The position numbers and the translations under genes are program-made. Of a stretch of DNA of 64,000 nucleotides, positions 44,931-56,438 are shown one piece after another. The first letter of the stretch is position 1. Each line of letters starts with the position of its first letter. The stretch comes from Octopus sinensis (lineage: Eukaryota). Where the stretch lies: contig NC_042999.1 in the NCBI RefSeq assembly GCF_006345805.1, forward strand, positions 47,182,001 through 47,246,000, given 5' to 3'. Under the pieces are notes generated by a model. It did not search any database. It had not been told where the DNA came from and was given only the letters and a program-made list of their open reading frames with translations.

Positions 44931-45000
44931 GTGGGCGCGTGCGTGGGCGCGTGCGTGGGCGCGTGCGTGGGCGCGTGCGTGGGCGCGTGCGTGGGCGCGT
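44931..45000. repeat. GC-rich 12-bp minisatellite (GTGGGCGCGTGC)x5.8
   Basis: Five perfect units plus a partial sixth. Confidence 0.97.
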
Positions 45001-45085
45001 GTGTGTAAGTATGTATGTGAATAAATATGTATACTTATATGAGCATGCGGGAATATGTATATGTAGGTATCTGCAGATATACATG

Positions 45086-45124
<39 letters not shown>

Positions 45125-45279
45125 TATATATTATTATATATGTAGACGTGTGCCTTTGTATATAGATGTATGTAAATACACACACTAACCTGCACACATA
45201 TATATATATATATATGTATACATATGTCTACCTATTTGTATACATGTGTATGTGCGTGCGCATAGTGTCCAGTATCTAT

Positions 45280-45492
45280 CTTTTACTCTTTTACTTTTTT
45301 TCAGTCATTTGACTGTGGCCATGCTGGAGCACCACTTTTAGTCGAGCAAATGGACCCCAGGACTTATTCTTTGTAAGCCTAGTACTTATTCTATCGTTCT
45401 CTTTTGCCGAACCGCTAAGTTACGGGGACGCAAACACACCAGTATAGGTTGTCAAGCGAAGTTGGGGGGACAAACTCGGACACACAATCATA

Positions 45493-45535
<43 letters not shown>

Positions 45536-45710
45536 GCATATGTATACGACGGGCTTCTTACAGTTTCCGTCTACCAAATCCACTCACTAAGCATTGGTCG
45601 GCCCGAGGCTATAGTAGAAGACACTTGCCCAAGGTTCCACGCAGTGGGGCAAAATCCGGAGCTCTGTGGCTTGTAAGCAAGCTACTTACCACTCAGCCAC
45701 TCCTGCGCCT
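45280..45710 (-). mobile_element. SINE family A, near full length
   Basis: Full consensus from CTTTTACT..TCAGTCATTTGACTG to CAGCCACTCCTGCGCCT. Confidence 0.9.
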
Positions 45711-45914
45711 GTGTACAAATATTCATTTATCTGTACAAACATTTATTTATAGCTGTAGATGTAGGCATATGTTATCTTATATATGCGTGCATATTTGCTT
45801 ATCTATCTATACAGATCTTTGCTGTATATATATCTTTGTATGTATGCATCCTTCTACGTATGTATATTGGCGTGTATATATCCACAAACGAAATAAAATA
45901 TATGCGCATGGGCA

Positions 45915-45981
<67 letters not shown>

Positions 45982-46003
45982 TATTATTATATATATATAC
46001 AGA

Positions 46004-46038
<35 letters not shown>

Positions 46039-46107
46039 GATATATATATATATACACACACATAGATATATTATATATATATATATATAATATATATATA
46101 TAATATG

Positions 46108-46151
<44 letters not shown>

Positions 46152-47116
46152 TATATGTGTGTGTGTGTGTATGTGTGAGTGTCGTAAGTATATATGCAAC
46201 CGTGAATGTGAATTCTTGTGTATATGTATGTGCATACATATCAACATGTACTCGTTTTTTTTTCATATGTGTGGTCACGTGCACATGAGGTTATAAACAT
46301 CTATTTCATTATATATTCTGAAGTATACTGATATGTACATGCATGTGTGTTTTTTATATGTTTGCGTATTTGATTGTGTATATGTATATATGTATGTATA
46401 TATATATATATGTATGTATGTATGTATGAAGCAATGGGTATATGTATATACGCGTGCATGTGTATTGTTATCCTTTGTTCCGTAAGACATAACGATCTTT
46501 GGCCCCCGATGTTTATTTATTCGTTCAAATCGGAAGACAGTACACTAAAAGTCAAATGTAATCTATCTTAACATTTTGATAAGATTTTTATGACTTGTAT
46601 GCCTATATCCTCATTCCCCAGAATGACAGCATTTTTTTGCTTTTTTTCTGAATGTTTTGCTTCATTCACATTCTCCATCTCTTCCCACTTTTGACTCTTC
46701 CCCCACACCTATTCTATCCATTATTTCAGTTCCGCGGCGGGCTTAATCGTTCATTTATTATTTAAACTTACTTATTTTTTGTTTGTTATGCAATTTACTA
46801 TTTCTTGGCGGCAATGTAACTCGAATTTCTTGGCGGCAAAATAATCGCTAGGGATAGCCTCGTGGCTATCTACGCTGGAGTGAGTTCGTTTTGTAATGCT
46901 CATGTAATGAGCTTGAGTTAATTAAGAAATATATGTAGCATACACGTTACTTGTTCTATTGCTTTAAACTTAAAAAAAAATGATTCGCATTCTTTTGCAG
47001 CGTTATTTGCTACTAATGAGTTCTATAGCAACTACCATCTCATCGAAATTATTTATAAATTCGATATGGGAAAATGTATGTAAGGTACCTGCCAATAAAT
47101 TACTAAGTTATCGTAT

Positions 47117-47432
47117 TTTTTATATTCATGCGCCCTTTTCAAGCCTAGCCAGGCTCATGGGCCCAGTCTCCCGGTTTCTTTGGCGTATGTGTTTTCCCCA
47201 GCTGGACGGGACGCCAGTCCATCGCAACGTTACTCAAGAAACAGGAAGAGAGAGTGAGAGAAAGTCGGGGCGAAAGAGTACAACAGGGGTCGCCACCAGC
47301 CCCTGCCGGAGCCTCGTTGCGCTTTAGGTGTTTTCGCTCAATAAACACACACAACATCTGGTCTGGGAATTGAAACCGCGATCCTCCGACCGCGAGTCCG
47401 CTGCCCTTAACCACTGGGCCATTGTGCCTCCG
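47117..47432 (-). mobile_element. Full-length tRNA(Arg, TCG)-derived SINE with 12-bp TSD
   Basis: A box TGGCCCAGTGG, B box GTTTCAATTCC, anticodon loop with TCG. AAGTTATCGTAT is duplicated at 47105-47116 and 47433-47444. Confidence 0.9.
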
Positions 47433-47960
47433 AAGTTATCGTATACTGCCCATTTTTTTTCTCTATACTAGTCGCCTACTGATTGAAGCTTACTAACATC
47501 CTACACTTTAACCACTAGGCTGTGTTCACACAAACCCACACACACATATATATGTATGTATATGCACTGCGTACGTGTGTGAGTCTGCGTGTGTGTGTAT
47601 ACATATACATATACACAATATACACATATATACGCATATCCGCTTAAATTCAACAGTACCACTCAACATACAAATAAACTAGGGACAAACTAATTGCAAA
47701 TGCACACGCGCTGAACAGGTATTACGTCTCACAGATACAAACGAACATATACACACTCAATCACACACACACATCAGCTACAACCACGCGTACATGCCCA
47801 AACGGATTGATGACACCTGCATGCACGCACGCACATATACGTAACAGATACATGCGCATAAGTACTAGGCTCTCGCGCGTTCACACAGGTATGTATAAGC
47901 CAATCGACAACCGTTTGTCCTTAACTCTCCTAAGCCCAGGTAGTCCTCCCCCTATATATG

Positions 47961-48341
47961 CTCTTTTACTTGTTTCAGTCATTTGACTGTGGCCATGCTG
48001 GAGCACCACCTTTTAGTCGAGCAAATCGACCCCAGGACTTATTCTTTGTAAGCCTAGTACTCATTCTATCGGTCTCTTTTGCCGAACCGCTAAGTTACGG
48101 GGACGTAAACACACCAGCATCGGTTGTCAACCGATGTTGGGGGGACAAACACAGACACACAAATACATACACATACATATATATATATACATATATACGA
48201 CGGGCTTCTTTCAGTTTCCGTCTACCAAATCCACTCACAAGGCTTTGGTCGACCCGAGGCTACAGTAGAAGACACTTGCCCAAGGTGCCACTCAGTGGGA
48301 CTGAACCCGGAACCATGTGGTTCGTAAGCAAGCTACTTACC
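47961..48341 (-). mobile_element. SINE family A, near full length
   Basis: Colinear and near-identical to 45280-45710. Confidence 0.9.
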
Positions 48342-48343
48342 GT

Positions 48344-48380
<37 letters not shown>

Positions 48381-48432
48381 CGTGTGTGGTGTGTGTGTGT
48401 ATGTGTATGTGTTTTTGCATGTTGTTTGTATG

Positions 48433-48496
<64 letters not shown>

Positions 48497-48507
48497 ATAT
48501 TATATAG

Positions 48508-48546
<39 letters not shown>

Positions 48547-50075
48547 ATGACAGAGAGAGAGAGAAGGGGACCTGAGAGAAGAAGGGAGAAAGCGAGAGAG
48601 TCCCCATAAATATCTTGTCCAGTGAATTCGGAGTGGAATGCAAAATAGGAATTGATGTCGGTATATAATTATATATCTTCACGTTTGCGTGGATAAGAAG
48701 CGAAACCTTTATTTGGATGGAGCCGAATGAAACTGGTATGAAGTATCTCACACATACACACATATTTACTTATATACATCCAAGTAGACTGGTTTCATTT
48801 ATACTACATTAGGTACTTTAAAAACTAGCTTACTTGGGTTCCCAGACTTCTTATTTTATAAATTGGATTTTTAAAAAAAAACTCTCATAAATAAAGAATA
48901 TCCGTCTTAGATGTAAGAACAATAAGAACTATTATGTATGAGGATATGCGCGTGGCATATATTAATTTATCGTAATGTCGTAGATAAATATATATTCATA
49001 TTAATATTTATAACCATGAATGTATATTCTATATACTGTTCAAAAGAGCGTAATTAAAGAATTAAATATAATACCATAGCTTCTACTCTTTGTCTTAAAA
49101 CATATATGGGAATTTGTGTGTGATACTATGTATTTGTGCAAATGTGTGTGTGTGTCTGTGTGTGGACATGTGTGTATGCGTGTGTGTGTGCGTGCGTGTG
49201 TGTATGTGTGTGCGAACGTAACTAATAAATAATGCATTTGATATATCTGAAAATGGAACATTAATTTTTAAATTTCATAGCGATGAATTTTACAGTTCAT
49301 CGCTCATGAGTAACAGGAAGTGTTATCTATCCAGTCGTAGATGGCTTCTTTTCAATCTGAATATTAATATATTTTATATATTTTATTTTCGTTGAAAATT
49401 TCATTAGTGTAGACACTTGTTCATTTATTCTTTTTAACACCTGACTAAAGTTCATTGTAAGCTGATGAAACTGTAAATGACAAATATGGAGAAATCCGTC
49501 TATCTGTTTGAATTCTTGAAATTTTTACATACTGGTATGAGAAGGAATGACTATTATTGCAGGAAACACTATGTTTCGTCAGGCAAGGTAACTGAGTTTA
49601 TTATGAAATTTACGCAATACTGGCGAGGAACTATAGTATTCCAAAAAGAAATTACTGTCACAGTCTATTTGGATCGTCGTCTACAGAATATTCCAAAAAA
49701 TTTGGTAGCGCAATATGAATTTCAGCAAAGAAAAAAGAAATGGGTGTTTTATTTTGATATCCAAATTTACTTTAATTCGAATACGTGAAGACATTTAAAC
49801 GTCTTACAGAAGAAGAGTAAAGGAGCTCTTAAACTTTTCCTTGTTTCAGTAAAAAAGTTTATATAAGATCAAGATAGCATCTAGTATGCAGACAAATAAA
49901 ATAAGCAATGTTTTTGTGTATATGGGTGTGGTGTATTACTTTTTACCTATCTACCTCTCTATATATGAATGCATATATGAACGTGTGTGTGTGTTGTGTG
50001 TGTGTAGTTTCGTATTTGTGTGCATATAGCATATAATCATATGTATATATACATATGTATGTATATGTGTGTTTT

Positions 50076-50120
<45 letters not shown>

Positions 50121-50644
50121 TATATATTACATACATGTGCACACACACACACACACATATATATATATAATATATATATATATTGAAACTACTGTCTTAT
50201 ATAGAACATGCATGTTTTCTTCCTGGAATCAACATAAGATGGTACTGAAATTATTTAGAGTAGTGTAAATAAACATCGTATTTAAAGGATAAAAAAGAAA
50301 ATAGTTGAAATAATGTTTTTATTGATTTGCTATTATAGATTTGGAAATAGAAAAATGGAAATGATTGAAAAGTAAATATATTCTATGTAGAGAATGGAAA
50401 TAATTATGGAAAGAATTCAAAGATGTGACATATAGAAAATGAAATAATGGCTGGAAAACAATTATGTTCGTCCCGCATTTTATTTATAAGATTCAATAAA
50501 CATATTTAAAAGAAAAATATTAATTATAAAATTAATATTTCAATCAATTTTCAGTATTTTTTTCTTTGATGAATGCGTTTAATATATTCTTTGCTATGTG
50601 GTTATATATATAATAAACATTGTAAAATTTTAAATAGCTTAGAT

Positions 50645-51012
50645 GGAGGGGTCTCCGAAATGGGTCTCGGGAGTAGAGTCCCTGTCTTCGTGAGTTAGTT
50701 TTGCGCCACCTTTCTTAAGAATCATAGTAGAGGCCTTGGTCTCGGGACCACTCATGTCTAGAAACTGAGGTTGAGGATAAGCAAGGGCATGCACTCCGTA
50801 GAAAATCTAGCTCCCAAACAACCTCATGATAGTAAAGGATAATGGGCACCAGCCAGCCCAAATGTTGGGGTGGGCTGCACCTGCCTACCTCGGTTGCTAT
50901 GGCATGAGGTAGGTCCGGCCACTTCCATTGACGGGCACAAAACCTGGATTTAAAACACTGGATGTTGATGATGATGATGATGATAATGATGATGATGATG
51001 ATGATGATGATA
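50645..51012 (+). mobile_element. GC-richer retroposon-like repeat with (GAT)n tail
   Basis: Abrupt compositional island ending in a (TGA/GAT)n tail at ~50963-51012. Family not identified. Confidence 0.5.
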
Positions 51013-53637
51013 TTGGTCAACATATGAAAATCAGAAATAATTATTTCACACAGGTATATTTTTATATTCTTAATTGAAATACCGTGTTATTTCGTGGCTT
51101 TTCATAGTTTATCGGATGTGAAATACAGGAAGTTTAACCAAGAATGAAAAACGTTTCCTGATTTGGCCTATTTCAAATTTCACTTTTCAAGCCTGTGCTC
51201 TATAACTGTTCGGTGAGGATGTAGTTTTTTATACTTACTGTTGTAGTTTCAATATTTTAATCAATTGAAACATATCAAGGATAACGCATAGCTATTTCGA
51301 TCCTTTTTAAATCAATTGAGAATGCTGGCATCATGACGCAGAATTTACGGAGTGCAATTACATCACCTAGATGTTGTGCTGTTGATTGTCTTCAAATCTT
51401 ATGGTTTGTTTCTGGAAGAACAATGACTATAGAAATAATGAAGCTGAATGAATTCAGTAGGCCATGGAATCTACGCTTTTACAAGTTTAGCTTAATAATC
51501 ACGTAAGTGAAAAATGAATACCGATTATAGTTCTTTAGAATACGCATAACACTTGAGAAAGGGTTTGTCATCTAATGCTATCCGGTATTTAACTGTTGCA
51601 TATTTTATTTGTTAATATTTTCCGTCGCAGTTTTTGATGTTCTTTCTGCAATGGATGTTTAACTCTGTAATAATTATTTGCACGTTGAACATTCAATGTT
51701 TAACAGTAGTTCTTTCCGCTTGTGTGTTTTGCAATTTCGTTTGCGTGTCATCTAGCTCTCGCTTCAATTGCCTGACTGTGGAAGCTAACACAACGTTCCC
51801 AAACTATTGCGACTTTCTAAGTAAAATGTGGAGACTTTAATGACAAATCTGAACCCTATTTGAGTGGGAGACTCAAAAGCAAACCATATGAGTTTTGGTC
51901 GAATTTAAAAAATGATATGTAACACAATTTCAGCAATTAATACATTTTAACATATAAATAGTTGCAGAATCTGGCAGCAGATTCGAAGCGATGTGTTCCC
52001 GAAACAACTAACAACAAGAGCATTACCAATCACCCCACACAGCAACGAAAACAGTACAAATAATAATAATAAGTATCAGCCTAATAACAAAATATCGTAC
52101 TACATATATATATATCTATCTCTATGGTGTCAGTTTTGGCATATTTACTTTGTATTCTTAGAGCATGATTTATCCTTTTATAATGTTTACACAAACACAG
52201 CAAACTTCGGTAAACAATAACAATCGATACACAACTACACACACTGTAGATACGAACATATGGAAATTGGCAGAGAGACATAACATAAAATCATAAGAAA
52301 GTGGAACAAGAAAAACAGAAGCATGAAGTACTTTTAAACGCAGTCGTTTGTTTTTAGTAGTTAGCAGCTCGTAATAAATGATTTAAGCTTAAATGTAAGT
52401 TTACTGTCTAACGTTCGTAAGAAAACTTTTCGTTTGGCAGACGACAAAGGATTGCCAATGTAATGACAGTATTATTTCATTTGCTTAAACTTGTTATTGC
52501 AACAGCATTGTTTTCAGTAATAGAATACTTTGCATTATTTAACTTCACGATGGAGCCTCGGATTCCGCAACCTCTCAAAACAATATTCTAAATTGATTCT
52601 TACTATTTACACCCATCAAGAAAAAAAAATGAAAGCAAAAATATATGGTATCGACAAAACAACGGACAATGTGTCAATAGTCAAATGTATTAGACTCATA
52701 CTACAAGGAGATAATATACACAATATATATAAATATAAAAACAAGGTACACAGATTCTGAAATAGAAAGGGTGTTACACAATCGGATAATTTATGTAGAT
52801 TTGTAGTAATGTATAAAGAAAAGAGAAGTCAAGCAGCATTTGTATAGAAAAAAATAAAAACGAAAGCAAAGATATGTCTGTCAGACTAAACCATAACACA
52901 ACAGAAGCGATGATAGATATAGATACACGCCCAAAGTTCTTAGAACAAACGATATCTTGAAATAAAAAAAGAGCACAAACACGCAGACTGAGACACAGAC
53001 GCATTCACACAAATTCTCTCTGTCTCTCTCTGTCTCTCCTCTCTGTCTCTCTCACACACGCACGCGCACACAATCATAAAAATTGCGTAGAATAAAAAAA
53101 ATTGTGGAAAAAATATGATCAGAGAGTAGACGACAACGGAAATAACAGTCCGAATTGTAAGAAAAATGTACTATTGAATTGCATGCATAATAAAATAGAT
53201 ATATAGATTGAAAACACACTATCTGCAAGGGGAATATATGAACAGCAGCCATAAATGAGAGACAAAACTTTTATCTTTCACTTGTGGCAGTCACTTGACT
53301 GCAGCACCGCTTTGAAGAATTTTCAATCGAATTAGTCGACCTCAGTACTTATTTTTTAAAAAATTAGTATCTGGTAGTTATTCCATCGGCCATGTTTGCC
53401 AGACTGCCATGTTACGGGAATGTAAACACACCAACACTGCTTGTCGATCGGTAGTGAGTGACAGATTTAGAGACAGCGATACACACACGCATATATATTA
53501 TATATATATATATATTATATATATTGTGTGTGTGTGTGTGTGTAAATATATATATATATTATATATTATATATATGTATATATATGTATGATGTATGTAT
53601 GTTATATATATATTATTATATTATATATATATAAATA

Positions 53638-53683
<46 letters not shown>

Positions 53684-53689
53684 TCAAAA

Positions 53690-53881
53690 TGTTACCGCGT
53701 GTGCACCTTTGCGATTTTTCCCTCCGTCTTCCTTCTTTGGATCTTTCCTTTTTCTATGTTTCTGACGAAGCGAAGAGCTTCGCTCGAAACGTTAAACCCT
53801 CTTTATTTCCTTCTTTCCTGAGCGTCCAATAAAACTATACTTGTTCCACGTCCTCACGTTGTTGTGTTTTCATGTTTGGAT

Positions 53882-53886
<5 letters not shown>
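53690..53886 (+). mobile_element. Solo Penelope-like pLTR/3' fragment with minimal hammerhead
   Basis: Between (TA)n tracts. Contains GTTT-CTGACGA-AGCGAAGAGCTTCGCTC-GAAA-CGTT-AAAC (53758-53797) and ends ~90 nt later in (TA)n. Confidence 0.7.
53758..53797 (+). ncRNA. Minimal type-I hammerhead ribozyme motif
   Basis: Stem I GTTT/AAAC, core CTGACGA and GAAA, palindromic stem III ACGT, triplet GUU. Stem II carries a 5-bp CGAAG duplication. Confidence 0.65.
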
Positions 53887-53923
<37 letters not shown>

Positions 53924-54012
53924 ATGGAGAAATTATGCAAAATGTAGAAATAGATTATGAGTACAGCACCGGTACAGTTTCGATTACCTATTGTTATCCA
54001 TAGATTTATTTC

Positions 54013-54198
54013 TTTCTTTATTGCCCACAGGGCCTAAACGTAGAGGGGACAGTCAACGGTATTAAGTCGATTACATAGACTCCAGTGCGTAACTAGTACT
54101 TGTTTAATCGACCCCGAAAGGGTGGAAGGCAAAGTCGACCTCGGCGGAATTTAAACTCAGAACGTAACGGCAGACGAAATGCCGCTAAGCATTTCGCC
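54013..54198 (-). mobile_element. SINE of the 9653 family
   Basis: Shares GGCAAAGTCGACCTCGGCGGAATTT and CCGCTAAGCATTTCGCC with 9918-9988. Decayed copies at ~32770-32880 (-) and ~30990-31075 (+, 3' end). Confidence 0.8.
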
Positions 54199-54553
54199 GC
54201 CCTAAACTTATCCGTAGATGTATTGCAGGAACTTCGTAGTGGCGCTTGGGGTAACAGTATTGATAAAATAAATGGAAGGAGAAAATATTTTATTGGGTAG
54301 GATACATGTTTCGACCCGTTGTGGGTCTCTTTGGTGTGTCTAATTTCTTTATTCCCACAGTTTCTTTTATACCCGCTCAACCTGATCCCCCTTACAGCTA
54401 TTCTTTACCATCTGGAATGATCCTCTGTAAAGACATCGGAGTCTACGTTTGAAGCTTTCGAATACAATTAAGTAAGTCCTATAAGGTGAACATCCAGATT
54501 TCATCTGTGTACTATATATATATATTATACAAATATATATATATATATATATA

Positions 54554-54925
54554 CTCTTTCTTTTACTTGTTTCAGTCATTTGACTGCGGCCATGCCTTTA
54601 ATCGAGCAACTCGACCCCGGCACTTATTCTATCGGTCACTTTCGACAAACCGCTAAGTAACGGGGACATAAACACACCAGCATTGGTTGTCAAGCAATGC
54701 TAGGGGACAAACGCAGACACACAAACACACACACGCATATATATATATATGCATATATACGACGGGCTTCTGTCAGTTTCTGTCTACCAAATCCACTCAC
54801 AAGGCTTTGGTCGGCCCGAGGCTATAGTAGAAGACACTCTTGCCCAAGGTGCCACGTAGTTGAACCGAACCCGGAACCATGTGGTTGGTAGACAAGCTAC
54901 TTACCACACAGCTACTCCTGCGCCT
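54554..54925 (-). mobile_element. SINE family A
   Basis: Colinear with 47961-48341; sits directly left of the (TA)n flanking the viral composite. Confidence 0.9.
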
Positions 54926-54951
54926 ATATATATACATATTATATATATATA

Positions 54952-55011
<60 letters not shown>

Positions 55012-55139
55012 ATTAAACAATTTTTAGGAAGGGCCTTAATAGGCCATTCGTCCACTAGAAAGAGCAGCCATAACTCAAACCGCTAAGTAGTAGTAATTCA
55101 GAAATTGGGTGAAAATTTTAAAACGTTACTCTAATTCAT

Positions 55140-55234
55140 CTTATACGATGCATCGTTTCGGTGTTTTTAACGGTAAACTAGCTTAATTAAATTAAATTAA
55201 GTCAATCTACCATGGGTTACACTTCATCAGTAAA
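55140..55234 (-). ncRNA. Type-I hammerhead ribozyme with long stem II
   Basis: Minus strand reads TTTA-CTGATGA-A-[GTGT AAC..GGTA GATTG..CTTAATT/AATTAAG..TAGTT TACC GTT..ACAC]-C-GAAA-CGATGCATC-GTA-TAAG. Core CUGAUGA/GAAA is intact, stem III is the palindrome ACGATGCATCGT, and the cleavage triplet is GUA. Confidence 0.8.
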
Positions 55235-55299
55235 GAAACAGGGAGAGGCAGATATACACGAGGCGTCTGTATCAATGCCTTCGGAATATCTGTCTTAAA

Positions 55300-55325
55300 G
55301 GGGAAGGGGAGGTAATGTGTATAAA
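55300..55325 (+). repeat. Left copy of 26-bp inverted repeat (GGGGAAGGGGAGGTAATGTGTATAAA)
   Basis: Exact reverse complement of 57306-57331. The 14-mer AGG(T/A)AATGTGTATA occurs three times here (55310, 55329, 55342). Confidence 0.95.
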
Positions 55326-55363
55326 CATAGGAAATGTGTATAGGTAATGTGTATAACAATACA

Positions 55364-55474
55364 ATGGAGAAATGTAATTGTCAATTTGTGAGAAGAGAGA
55401 ATGAAATGCTGACGGAGAAAATAAAATTTCTTAATGAAAGACTTGATAACTATGAAAAATCTGAATCTGAATAA
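55364..55474 (+). CDS. Putative 36-aa coiled-coil peptide, antisense to rep/cap
   Basis: MEKCNCQFVRRENEMLTEKIKFLNERLDNYEKSESE*. TATAAA lies 39 nt upstream (in the inverted repeat), AATAAA overlaps the stop, and hydrophobic residues show heptad-like spacing. Confidence 0.3.
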   Translation: MEKCNCQFVRRENEMLTEKIKFLNERLDNYEKSESE

Positions 55475-55633
55475 AATTTTATTCAACTGAAATACATTTG
55501 TTTGTTATTATTGAATGTTTTTTCACTTCTGCACGTTTTCGGTATGCTAAAAACCCCATACCATTCGCATCTTCATCACGTCGCGCGACGTTTATTCAAT
55601 CACTCATCCTTCTGCAGTGTGTTTCTTGGATAG

Positions 55634-56406
55634 TCAATCGTTATATGTGGCTCCGTTACGACGGCCATAACATTTAATTACGACGAAGTTGGTGTAATCC
55701 ATTACAGTGTCTTTAGATGATTGAACAACCATAGCAATTCCATTAGCGAATGTTGAGGGAAGGCTTTGTCTGGGACTTGACCAAATGGGGCTTCAGCCAT
55801 ATCCCATTTCTGAATGCCTTTCATATACATTTTGGGATATGGCATGCTGTCGTTAGGATCGTAACTTTTATCATCTGTCCTCCATGTATAACGAGGAGTA
55901 AAAGAAAGTTTTAATCTCCTTCTACCAGTCATTACAGCTACACGAGTTGTCTGTACTTTTTTAATATTGTCAATATCAAGGTGATGACCTCTGAGATCAG
56001 CGTCGTAAGTATAATAAACTTTGGGTATAAATTTCCCAGGTTTCTGCTGCTGTGGTAACTCAATTATTGTACCGAATCTAACGATAGAAAACATATCAAA
56101 CTGCGTTCTTATTAGATTTCCTTCGTATTCGGGAATTAATGTATTTAAATTAGCCCAAGTGCATGATAAACTTTGGGACTGATCTTCATTTGCTGTTATT
56201 TTTCTTAAATTTATCGAAAAAGAAAAAGTCTCATTGTTTCTTTTATGGAAAGGAAAGAGACGGTAGGTACGTACACCAGTAAATTTTGCTGGGCGACGTC
56301 GACGATAAGATGGGCGTTTTCTTCTGTATGATCGACGTTTTCTTCTGAATCTGGGCGTGGTTTTTTTAGATCGCCTGACACGTCTAAACTTGCGTCTATA
56401 ACGCAT
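55634..56406 (-). CDS. cap: CRESS/circovirus-like capsid protein, probably frameshifted near 55748-55790
   Basis: ORF 55702-56406 starts 32 nt after the Rep stop and has an Arg/Lys-rich N-terminal arm (MRYRRKFRRVRRSKK...RRRRP) and a beta-strand-rich body. A second frame continues ANGIAMVVQSSKDTVMDYTNFVVIKCYGRRNGATYND* to 55634 (257 aa if joined), followed by AATAAA at 55591-55596. Confidence 0.85.
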
Positions 56407-56438
56407 GATGACTCAGCAGGAACTAAGTAATAGATATC

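Noticed and set aside
46800-46839. Direct repeat ATTTCTTGGCGGCAA x2
   Set aside because: Only two copies, with no supporting context; not a CRISPR-like or iteron array.
49477-49788. 103-aa non-repetitive ORF (and similar 60-115-aa ORFs elsewhere)
   Set aside because: No recognisable motif; length is compatible with chance.
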